This document shows, one piece after another, positions 9,346-17,590 of a stretch of DNA of 55,292 bases. The DNA is from Phycisphaerae bacterium (GTDB taxonomy: Bacteria > Planctomycetota > Phycisphaerae > UBA1845): contig JBHHUB010000002.1 of NCBI GenBank assembly GCA_046753625.1, forward strand, positions 1 through 55,292, in the 5' to 3' direction. The first letter of the stretch is position 1; each line of letters begins with the position of its first letter. The notes under the pieces are model-generated. The model saw only the letters and a program-made list of their open reading frames with translations, was not told where the DNA came from and ran no database searches. The position numbers were made by a program, and so were the translations under genes.

Positions 9346-10814
9346 GACGGTGGGTCCATGCTGTTCAGGCAAGGTGGGTTTTGTTGGTGGAAGTTCGTTT
9401 GTAATTGGTACGCATGTGCGGCGGCAAGGATGGTGGCATCGCCCAGGGGCGGCCCGACGAGTTGCAGGCCGATGGGCAGGCCGGCGTCGTCGAATCCGCA
9501 GGGCAGGCTGATGGCGGGCAGGCCCGCTAAGTTGGGGCCGATCGTGTAAATGTCGCTCAGGTACATGGCCAGGGGATCGTCGGTCTTTTCGCCGATGGGA
9601 AAGGCCGTCGTCGGGCAGGCCGGCGATGCAATGAGATCGACCCGATCGAAGGCCGCGTCGAAATCCCGCGTGATTAGGGTCCGCACGCGCAAGGCCTTGT
9701 CGTAAAAGGCGTCATAATATCCGCTTGAGAGCACATAGGTTCCGAGCATGATGCGCCGTTGCACTTCATCGCCGAGTCCCTGTCCGCGAGATTGAGTGTA
9801 AAGTGCCTTCATGCTTGCACTTCCCTCGGCGCGAAACCCGTAATGAACGCCGTCGAAACGTGCCAAGTTGCTGGACGCTTCAGCCGTGGCGATGATGTAG
9901 TAGCAAGCCGTAGCATGATCGATGTGCGGGAGCTGCACGGGGACGAACTCGGCACCGAGGCGTTGCAGTTCGTCGATCGCGCCGCGTACGGCTTGTTCGA
10001 CCTGCGCGTCGAGGCCATCGCCAAACGCCTCCTCGCTGATCCCGATGCGCAGCTTGTCGACAGGACGCTGAAGAGCGGCGATATAGTCGGGCACCGGTCG
10101 ATCCAGGCTCGTGGCGTCGCGCGGATCGTGCCCGACGATCGCCTGAAGAAGAAGGGCCACGTCCACGGCATCCTGAGCGATGGGGCCGATCTGGTCGAGG
10201 CTGCTTCCGAAAGCGACCAGACCGTAGCGCGAGGCCAGGCCGTAGGTCGGCTTGAATCCGGTGACGCCGCAAAACGACGCCGGTTGGCGGATTGAGCCGC
10301 CCGTGTCACTGCCCAGCGCGGCTGGCACCATGTTGGCCGCGACCGCCGCGGCAGAGCCTCCGGACGAGCCGCCGGCGACCTTGCCGGCGTCCCAGGGATT
10401 GCGGGTGGGGCCGAAGGCGCTGTTTTCGGTGCTCGAACCCATGGCGAATTCGTCGAGGTTGGTTTTCCCGACGATGACGACACCGGCCGATTCGAGTCGA
10501 TCCACGACGTGGGCGTTGTACCGGGATTCGAAGGACGCGAGCATCTTGGATCCACACGTGGTCTTGCCGTTGGCTGTGCAAATGTTGTCTTTAACGGCGA
10601 TGGGCACGCCCGCGAGAAGGCCGACCGCATCGCCGCGAGCCAGGCGGTCGTCGATCTCGCGTGCGCGCGCTCGAGCCGCCTCGTCTTGGATCTGCAGGAA
10701 GGCGTGAACCTGCCGGTCCACCGCTTCGATGCGGGATAGGACGCGCTCGACGGCCTGCGCGCAGGATTGCCTTTGGGTACGGATGGACTCGGCGAGGTCT
10801 TGGAGGGCACCCAT
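9342..10814 (-). CDS. gatA: Glu-tRNA(Gln)/Asp-tRNA(Asn) amidotransferase subunit A
   Basis: Amidase signature GGSSGGSAAAVAA, KDNI motif, GSDTGGSIRQPA. 490 aa. Confidence 0.95.
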   Translation of the reverse strand: MGALQDLAESIRTQRQSCAQAVERVLSRIEAVDRQVHAFLQIQDEAARARAREIDDRLARGDAVGLLAGVPIAVKDNICTANGKTTCGSKMLASFESRYNAHVVDRLESAGVVIVGKTNLDEFAMGSSTENSAFGPTRNPWDAGKVAGGSSGGSAAAVAANMVPAALGSDTGGSIRQPASFCGVTGFKPTYGLASRYGLVAFGSSLDQIGPIAQDAVDVALLLQAIVGHDPRDATSLDRPVPDYIAALQRPVDKLRIGISEEAFGDGLDAQVEQAVRGAIDELQRLGAEFVPVQLPHIDHATACYYIIATAEASSNLARFDGVHYGFRAEGSASMKALYTQSRGQGLGDEVQRRIMLGTYVLSSGYYDAFYDKALRVRTLITRDFDAAFDRVDLIASPACPTTAFPIGEKTDDPLAMYLSDIYTIGPNLAGLPAISLPCGFDDAGLPIGLQLVGPPLGDATILAAAHAYQLQTNFHQQNPPCLNSMDPPS

Positions 10815-10826
10815 GGCTGCGGCTTG

Positions 10827-11132
10827 CTACGCGTCTTCCTGATCGAGTACCTTGGGGACTTTGAAAAAAGATTCCTGCGTTTGAGGTGCGTTGTGCAGTG
10901 CGGCCTCGGTGGGCAGGCTTGCGTGCACGGTATCTTCACGGAGCTTGGCAGAGCCCGCCGCAGGATGCGTCGTGGGCGGCACGCCGTCGGTGTCCAGGGC
11001 GCTGAGTTGCTCAACGTAGGCGAGGATTTTGGAAAGTTGCGCCGCATACCGCGCGGCCCGTCCGTCATCGATCTCCAGCCGCGCGAGCCGGGCGACGTGC
11101 CTTACTTCGTCCAAGTCGAGTGTGTGGGTCAT
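10827..11132 (-). CDS. gatC: Glu-tRNA(Gln)/Asp-tRNA(Asn) amidotransferase subunit C
   Basis: 101 aa. VRHVARLARLEIDD...ILAYVEQLSALDTDGV is typical of GatC. Lies 12 nt upstream of gatA. Confidence 0.9.
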   Translation of the reverse strand: MTHTLDLDEVRHVARLARLEIDDGRAARYAAQLSKILAYVEQLSALDTDGVPPTTHPAAGSAKLREDTVHASLPTEAALHNAPQTQESFFKVPKVLDQEDA

Positions 11133-11240
11133 GTCGGAACGCTCCGGCCGTTATCGTCGGCGCAAACCCCCGGCGGGTCAAGCTTTTGGCGCGAGCGTGC
11201 CTGACGCAATCGGTGCCGGGTGGTCTTGGCGGCGCCAATC

Positions 11241-11313
11241 TCAGAGCACCCGGCGCAAGCCGGGTGACATTGGGACGCAGGTGGTCCGATGGCTGGCGCC
11301 AGCGGTTCTGAAT
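11241..11313. repeat. REP-like hairpin pair (inverted units)
   Basis: TCAGAGC-ACCCGGCGCAAGCCGGGT-GAC at 11241-11268 and the inverted unit GGTCCGATGGCTGGCGCCAGCGGTTCTGAAT at 11283-11313. The same unit types occur at 12347-12532, 24205-24262 and 33907-33966. Confidence 0.6.
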
Positions 11314-11332
11314 CTGCGCCAAGCCCGGTGGG

Positions 11333-11719
11333 TCAAGCGTCGGGGGTGGCGCGTTGGGTGAATGACGCCGCGGCAAGCAGCGCCCAGCCCGAAAGAAAGG
11401 CGAGTCCGCCCAGGGGCGTCACCGGCCCCAGCCATCGCCACTCGAACAAGGACAGGCCGTAGAGGCTTCCCGAAAAGAGCATAATCCCTACAAGAAAGCA
11501 GCAGGCCGAGGCGCGGGCGGCTCGGGAGGGTTGCCGGGCGATCATCCATGCCGCAGCCATGATGGCCAGCGCATGAACCATCTGGTAGCGGACCCCGGTT
11601 TCGAATGTCGCGAGGGCTTCAGCCGCCAACCTGGATTTCAGAAAATGCGCCCCGAACGCGCCGGCGGCTACGGATACCAGGCCGTTGAGTGCGGCAATGC
11701 CGGTCCACATTGAATTCAT
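11333..11719 (-). CDS. DUF423 (YgdD/TMEM256-like) membrane protein
   Basis: ATG 11719 (MNSMWTGIAALNG). GAFGAH motif and four hydrophobic helices. Confidence 0.8.
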   Translation of the reverse strand: MNSMWTGIAALNGLVSVAAGAFGAHFLKSRLAAEALATFETGVRYQMVHALAIMAAAWMIARQPSRAARASACCFLVGIMLFSGSLYGLSLFEWRWLGPVTPLGGLAFLSGWALLAAASFTQRATPDA

Positions 11720-11726
11720 CAGTGCG

Positions 11727-12227
11727 TCACTCTTCGGTTGAGGCATCGATTTGATGCCGGTCGGACGTATGGGACGACGGCTGCGTATCGTCGTTCGGTT
11801 CGACTTCGTAGGACGTGGCGGCCACATCTACGAATGGCGCCGGACCGCTCCCGTCGATGTGCACGACGCGGGCACGCAGCGCGTCGGCGAGCCGCTTCTT
11901 TATCGTACCGCGAATCGGTGGGACAAGCAGCGCGAAGCCGGCCAAGTCCGTGAGCATGCCCGGCGTAACCAGCACAACGCCGGCCAAAACGATGAGCGCC
12001 CCATCGAGCATGGCGTCGGTGGGCATCGCTCCGGCACGGAGCTCGGATTGAATGCGCGTCAGCGCTTTGACGCCCTCACGCCGGGCAAGCCATGCACCGA
12101 GGAAGCCGGTGACCAGCACCAGCGTAAACGTCGCAGCAACGCTCGTTCGTTGGGCCAACTCTACGAGCAGTGCCAGCTCCACGAGCGGAACGACGGTAAA
12201 AATGAGCAGCAGTCGAAACAACATCAC
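11727..12227 (-). CDS. fxsA: FxsA family membrane protein
   Basis: MMLFRLLLIFTVVPLVELALLV...VLVTPGMLTDLAGFALLVPPIR is characteristic of FxsA/UPF0716. Confidence 0.85.
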   Translation of the reverse strand: MMLFRLLLIFTVVPLVELALLVELAQRTSVAATFTLVLVTGFLGAWLARREGVKALTRIQSELRAGAMPTDAMLDGALIVLAGVVLVTPGMLTDLAGFALLVPPIRGTIKKRLADALRARVVHIDGSGPAPFVDVAATSYEVEPNDDTQPSSHTSDRHQIDASTEE

Positions 12228-12301
12228 ACCCGTAGCATAACGCCGACCCGGCGTGCGTCACGTCCGAGCGGATGGGGTGGGGACGGGATTGGGTCGGTGG
12301 T

Positions 12302-12314
12302 CCCCCCCCCCCCC
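12302..12314. repeat. C13 homopolymer followed by GGGG
   Basis: 13 consecutive C counted at 12302-12314, 75-87 nt upstream of the fxsA start (read as G13 on the coding strand). Confidence 0.9.
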
Positions 12315-12346
12315 GGGGAATGCGCACGCCGACTCAGCGCCGCTGA

Positions 12347-12532
12347 ATCAGAGCCGCGGGCGCCAGCCTGCGGACCTTGGAACCGCCAATCTCCCGATTG
12401 GCCCCGTGTACTTCCGAAGCGTCCGTGCCGATCAGGAGATCGGCGATCCGAGAACCATTCGCGGTAGGATGTCGCCAGGCTTGCGCCGCGGTGCTCGGAA
12501 GGGGTCACCGGGCTTGCGCCCGGTGCTCTGAA
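12347..12532. repeat. REP-like hairpin units
   Basis: ATCAGAGCCGCGGGCGCCAGCCTGCGGACC at 12347-12376. Tandem GGCTTGCGCC(G)CGGTGCTC(G/T)GAA units at 12474-12532. Confidence 0.55.
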
Positions 12533-14358
12533 AGGTGGCCGGCACCGGTTTGGAGCCGATCTGCTTGCCGGGCTTTGATCCATCCAGGTACGCAGTAGAA
12601 GGCCCCAAGCACGGCCGCCGCAAACGGCACGGCCGCAAGAATCTGCAGAATCGGGTGAAGGGGCACGACGTATCTGGGCTGCACGCCGCCCATGAACGCG
12701 GACCCGGCGGCATGGTAGGACACGACGAACCCGAGAAGGAGGAATCCGAACCGGCGCCGCGAACAGGCGGCCATGACGAGCCCCAACGCGCTGATGGCCA
12801 TGAATTCCTCGTAGGGCGAATCCAGCAATCCGAGGATCGGGTCACCTTTTTCGATGCGCGTGTGGTACCAACCCGTCCATCGGGCCCAGGCTCGCGTGGT
12901 AGATCGTGGTTGGCTGGAGAAGGGGAGGTAGCGAGTGAGCTTTTCGGCGCTGATTTTTCCCTGAAGTGCGGAGAGATACGTGTTGTTCGCGTAGATGGTG
13001 GCCCCGGTTGCGAGGCGACCGTCGCGGAACTGTCCGCCAGGCTGCATCCGGTAGCCTTCATCGGGCATCAGCAGGATGCGGTAGGTATACAGGATCGAGT
13101 TCTTGACGATCTCGACGGGATGCTCGAGCATGATGTCGATGCCGGCCTTTTTCATGACCTGTGCGATTTCGAGAAGATGGCCCGATTCAAACATGGACCC
13201 GCGATGACCGTACAGTCGTTCGCAGGCGTGAAGCGTGGGGAGGTAGTCGTGGTGGGTTGAGCCGGGTGGAATCCAGCCACGGGCGCGGGCTATGGCCACG
13301 GTGTTCTTCAGGGTTGCCACCGATGCGCTCGTCGGTGAATCGAGTTTATCGCGGCACGCGGCCCGGTCGTAGAACTGAAGTGACCCGGTGACGTTGACCA
13401 TCGGGCGGCCAAAGGTGATGTAGTTGTGGATCATCATGGGCGCCATCACGAGCAGCGCGGGGGCGATGGCCAGAGTCGCGCGCATCGCCAACATCCGAGG
13501 TGACACCCGGCTAACAGCCTGCTCAAAAAATTCGGTGCCGGCATCTTGTCGGTGATTCTGCCGGCTCTGGCCCACTTGGACAAGCGATGCCGCGCGTTTT
13601 CCCCGGCTGGAGGCCGGCGTCACACGCGAGAACCGGTTTTTCAACAGGCTGCTGAGGCGGCGTTGTTTCGACGGTTGTTGGGTCGCGTCGTCGTGGCACT
13701 CGGGAAAGCGGCGCCAAGCGGTCACCAGGGCGACCGCGATGCACACGATGATCGTGTACTGGCCCACGTCTTTGATGACGGCCGACAGTCCGGTGACCGC
13801 CGAAGCCGCGATGAGCCAGCGGACCCGGTCGGTTGAGTAATGTCGTAGGATCAAGAACAACCATGCCGTCAGCGTGAACGCGTAGGGCACTTCAGTGAGG
13901 ATCGCGTTGGCGTAGCCGCTCAGATGTAAACTGACACCGGTTAGCAAGCCTACCGTCGCCGCGAAAAATCGAGATGGCCAGAGCATCCAACCGATCAACA
14001 CGCTCAATGCCGCGCAACCCACCACCATCGCGTGTTGAATCGCCATGATGGCTAAGGGCGAAGCGTCGCCGAACAGAGCGAACGTCGCCGCGAGCAGCGC
14101 CGGATACCCGGGTAGACGCAACTGATAGAGTTCGTGGGAGAAATCAAAGTCTTCGACGATGCGCAGGGCCAGGGTGACATAACCTGACGAGTCCGGCGTA
14201 ACCCAGATGCGTGAAGCAGACATCGCCAACGCTTCAAACGCGATCGCCAGCAACACGGTGGCGATCAGGACCGGGCGGACCGCGCGCCACGTCGAACCGT
14301 CGCGCGCGTCGGTACGGTCCGTAGTCAAGCGAGCGCGGGAGGTGGTTTGATGCTTCAT
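12505..14358 (-). CDS. GT-C fold membrane glycosyltransferase (GT39/ArnT/PMT_2-like)
   Basis: ATG 14358 (MKHQTT) inside ORF 12505..14556. Multi-TM N-terminal half with DSSGYVTLA...RLPGYPALLA and a large C-terminal soluble part. Carries an in-frame repeat insertion. Confidence 0.7.
   Translation of the reverse strand: MKHQTTSRARLTTDRTDARDGSTWRAVRPVLIATVLLAIAFEALAMSASRIWVTPDSSGYVTLALRIVEDFDFSHELYQLRLPGYPALLAATFALFGDASPLAIMAIQHAMVVGCAALSVLIGWMLWPSRFFAATVGLLTGVSLHLSGYANAILTEVPYAFTLTAWLFLILRHYSTDRVRWLIAASAVTGLSAVIKDVGQYTIIVCIAVALVTAWRRFPECHDDATQQPSKQRRLSSLLKNRFSRVTPASSRGKRAASLVQVGQSRQNHRQDAGTEFFEQAVSRVSPRMLAMRATLAIAPALLVMAPMMIHNYITFGRPMVNVTGSLQFYDRAACRDKLDSPTSASVATLKNTVAIARARGWIPPGSTHHDYLPTLHACERLYGHRGSMFESGHLLEIAQVMKKAGIDIMLEHPVEIVKNSILYTYRILLMPDEGYRMQPGGQFRDGRLATGATIYANNTYLSALQGKISAEKLTRYLPFSSQPRSTTRAWARWTGWYHTRIEKGDPILGLLDSPYEEFMAISALGLVMAACSRRRFGFLLLGFVVSYHAAGSAFMGGVQPRYVVPLHPILQILAAVPFAAAVLGAFYCVPGWIKARQADRLQTGAGHLSEHRAQAR
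13531..13645 (+). mobile_element. MITE-like ~115-nt repeat, copy 1 (inside the GT-C coding region, in frame)
   Basis: Homologous to the reverse complement of 14838-14955 (long identical blocks GGTGATTCTGCCGG, CGATGCCGC, CGTTTTC, GAGAACC). Ends form imperfect inverted repeats (CAAAAAATTCGG / CCGGTTTTTCAA). Confidence 0.55.
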
Positions 14359-14837
14359 CGTGTCAGCCACACTTGCACAAGGTTTTGTCCGGCGAACCCG
14401 GCGCCCGCCCTCGCCACGAATGGGGTTCGCCGGCCGGAGAATCCGCGCAGACCGGGGTCGCACACGATGCTTTATCGGTCTGTGGCGCGGCGGACTTTGC
14501 CGGTCCGACCGGCGCGGCTTAAAGCAACCGTGGCGGCTCGGGTGCCGATAACTCATTCAAGAGGTGCGCGATGTCTCCAGGTTTCGATCCTTGTCTTGGT
14601 GGATTCCGCGCATAGACGGCCCGCCGTCTCGGCGCGGCGATCGTAGGCCGCCAGGGTTGAAGCGGTGAGTTTGGTTTGGAGATTCGCGGTAGCGGGCGTT
14701 TTCATCAGGGGGTCTTGGGCGTGGCCGTGACGGAATCGGCTTCTGTGCTTGCAGGCCTTCAGGCTGCCGGAAAGGATGGCGTTCAAGCCGCCGGAATGGT
14801 CATGAACCCCCTTGGGCGTGGGCCGTGGTTGGCGGAC

Positions 14838-14955
14838 CGTTGAAAGAGTCGGTTCTCTGGCGTGGTGCAGGATTCCGGCCGGCGAAAACGGGCGGCATCG
14901 CAGGTCCCGGTGGGCCAGCGCCGGCAGAATCACCGGCAGGATGTCGGTGCCACAA
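14838..14955 (-). mobile_element. MITE-like ~115-nt repeat, copy 2 (intergenic, between the divergent GT-C and GT2 genes)
   Basis: Reverse-complement homologue of 13531-13645. Terminal inverted repeats GTTGAAGGATTGTGG / CCGACTCTTTCAAC. Confidence 0.55.
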
Positions 14956-15000
14956 TCCTTCAACCGGCGCTTAAGGCGTTCGTCGGAGAGATACGGGCAG

Positions 15001-15912
15001 ATGAGTAACGAATCCTACCGCAGCCGGGTGAATCGCTTGGGGGGCGCCGGCGGTGGTGCGCGTTCGGATGGCGTTTCATCGGCGCTGGTAGACGCGGCCG
15101 GCTCGGCCATTCGAGTGCAGCCCATGGAAGCGCCGGCGACGAACGCGTCGCCTACGACATGTGTGGGGCCTGGTGTGTTCGAAAGCCTCTCCGTCGTCAT
15201 TCCCGCCTACAACGCGGAACGGGAGGTGGCCGCCACGCTCGACTCGGTGCACGCGTATCTTCAAGAGCATGGATTGGTGTTTGAAATCATCGTGGTAGAT
15301 GATGGCAGTGGCGATCGAACCGCGTCATGCGTGAGCGCCTGTCCGCATGAAATCAAGTTGCTGCAGAACAAGTGCAATCGCGGCAAAGGGTACAGCGTTC
15401 GGCGCGGGATGCTCGCAGCGAAACATGCCTGGGTTTTGTTCATGGACGTGGACAATTCCACGAGCATCGATCATTTGGATCGCTTTGCACCGTATGCCGC
15501 GGAATCGGACGTTCTGATCGCATCGCGCCGCCTCTCGGCATCCAACATCCTGCGCCGCCAACCTCGCCTCAGGCAGATTCTCGGGAAGTCCTTCCCGTAC
15601 CTCGTGCGTACGCTCGCGCTGGGCGACATCCAGGACACGCAGTGCGGCTTCAAGGTTTTCCGGCATGACGCGGCCAAGGACATCTTCGCGCGGCAGGTGT
15701 CAGCGGGCTTCTGCTTTGACGTCGAAATCCTTTTGGTGGCCCGTCGATTGGGGTATCGTATTGAAGAGATCGCAGTCAATTGGAGCAATCCACCCGGCTC
15801 GACCGTCCGTGTCGGCATCGATCCGGTCCTGATGTTCCTTGACCTGCTGCGCATCACGTGGCGGCATCGCAAAGAGAAATACCGCGCGTCGCAACGCGCC
15901 GTCTACGCCTGA
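15001..15912 (+). CDS. GT2 polyprenyl-phosphate glycosyltransferase (DPM1/ArnC/GtrB type)
   Basis: VVIPAYNAE, IIVVDDGSGDRT, NRGKGYSVRRG, FMDVDNS (DxD). ATG 15001 chosen because the upstream part of ORF 14812.. is repeat DNA. Confidence 0.85.
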   Translation: MSNESYRSRVNRLGGAGGGARSDGVSSALVDAAGSAIRVQPMEAPATNASPTTCVGPGVFESLSVVIPAYNAEREVAATLDSVHAYLQEHGLVFEIIVVDDGSGDRTASCVSACPHEIKLLQNKCNRGKGYSVRRGMLAAKHAWVLFMDVDNSTSIDHLDRFAPYAAESDVLIASRRLSASNILRRQPRLRQILGKSFPYLVRTLALGDIQDTQCGFKVFRHDAAKDIFARQVSAGFCFDVEILLVARRLGYRIEEIAVNWSNPPGSTVRVGIDPVLMFLDLLRITWRHRKEKYRASQRAVYA

Positions 15913-16172
15913 GCCGTGTGGACGACGCCACGAGGGGGGGGAGCGGGCTGCAACACCCTCATCACCAGGATCCGCTCCTCTGCGCAATCACGTTCGACGG
16001 CGCATGGCATTGCAGACCGGCCGTTCAGGTGCTTCCCGGATTCTCTTCCCAACGACGCCAGGCAAGAGCACGCTTGGAGCCAAACGATTTTCCGGTGATC
16101 GAAGGGATGTGCCCTATCGGCCGTTCGACCTCTTGCGATCGACCAACCAGGTGAGGTTGCTCGGGGCGCCCG

Positions 16173-17588
16173 CTAAAACTGAAAGTAAATGAATGGCGTC
16201 GCATTGCCGGTGACGACGGCAAACATCGCAAGCAGCGCGCAATTCACGCACGATTGCAGCAGGATGGGCGCGCGCAGGTAGGCATGCTGTACCCTCTCGG
16301 GAAGGGATCGCGGGCACCACTCCATGGTTGCCGCGGCGACCAGTACCCAAAGCCCCGCTCCAGGTACGTCCACGGACCATGTGCCGTCTGATAACAGGTG
16401 ACCCAGAAACGCGCCGGCGCTCGCAAGACGCTCAGCGCGAAACACGACGAAGCAACATGCCACGAGATGGAACGTCACCGCGATGCGCGCCAGCCGCGCC
16501 ACGGTGGATTGATCCGGGTCGTCCGCGTCGATTCCGGTGAAGTGGTGAAACAACCGGCCCAGCCCCAACAGCATGCCGTGCGCGGCCCCCCAGACGACGA
16601 ATCCCCAGGCCGCGCCGTGCCAGAGGCCGCCGAGCAGCATGACGATCGTCAGATTCCGGGAGGTTTTCCAGACGCTCGATTTCCCGCCGCCCAGTGGAAC
16701 GTAGAGGTAGTCGCGGAGCCAGGTGGACAGGGAGATGTGCCACCTTCTCCAGAAGTTGCGCAGGCTCGTGGCCAGGTAGGGTCGATCGAAGTTGATCGGC
16801 AGATCGAAGCCGAGCATCCGCGCGGCGCCAATCGCCACGTCGCTGTAGCCCGAGAAGTCGTAGTAGATCTGAAACGCATAGGCATAAGCGGCGATCAACA
16901 GTGTGCCGGAAGTGTGGGCGGACGGATTCGCGAAGACCGGGTCCACGACGGCATGACCGAGCAGATCGGCGATGCAGAGTTTCTTGAAGAGGCCTGTCAA
17001 AATCTGGAAAAGGCCTCGTTGCGCGCTCGAGTCGTCAAAGCGGGGTTGGTTTTCCAACTGCGGCAGAAAATGAGCGGCACGGACAATCGGACCGGCGACC
17101 AGTTGCGGGAAGAACGAGACGAAGAGCGCGAACTTCACGAAGTTGCCGGTCGGTTCGATTTTTCGCCGGTATACGTCGATCGTGTAGCTCAACGTTTGAA
17201 AGGTGTAGAAACTAATCCCGACGGGTAGCAGCAGGGTAAGGGTACCGAATCCTTCGCCGGCGACGCCCGCAAGTGACTGAAACGACTCCATAAAGAAGTT
17301 GTAGTACTTGAAGACGAAGAGCACGCCGAGATTGCCGCATAAGCTAAAGATGAGCAGGGCTTTTCTGGCCCGGCGATCTGGGGTAGCGCCCATTTTTCGG
17401 GCGATGAAGAAATCCAGAATCGTGGAACCCAGGATCAGCCCGGCGTACATCACGTTCCACGACATGTAAAAGTAGTAGCTTGCGATCAACAGACACAACA
17501 GGCGGGCCGATGCGGATCGGCGCAAGGACCAGTAGAGGACCAGCACGGCCGGAAAGAACAAGAGGAAATGAGCGCTGGCGAACGACAT
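16173..17588 (-). CDS. MBOAT family O-acyltransferase (AlgI/PatA/DltB-like)
   Basis: Polytopic. FWRRWHISLSTWLRDYLYVPLGG contains the MBOAT catalytic-His motif. Confidence 0.92.
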   Translation of the reverse strand: MSFASAHFLLFFPAVLVLYWSLRRSASARLLCLLIASYYFYMSWNVMYAGLILGSTILDFFIARKMGATPDRRARKALLIFSLCGNLGVLFVFKYYNFFMESFQSLAGVAGEGFGTLTLLLPVGISFYTFQTLSYTIDVYRRKIEPTGNFVKFALFVSFFPQLVAGPIVRAAHFLPQLENQPRFDDSSAQRGLFQILTGLFKKLCIADLLGHAVVDPVFANPSAHTSGTLLIAAYAYAFQIYYDFSGYSDVAIGAARMLGFDLPINFDRPYLATSLRNFWRRWHISLSTWLRDYLYVPLGGGKSSVWKTSRNLTIVMLLGGLWHGAAWGFVVWGAAHGMLLGLGRLFHHFTGIDADDPDQSTVARLARIAVTFHLVACCFVVFRAERLASAGAFLGHLLSDGTWSVDVPGAGLWVLVAAATMEWCPRSLPERVQHAYLRAPILLQSCVNCALLAMFAVVTGNATPFIYFQF

Positions 17589-17590
17589 CG

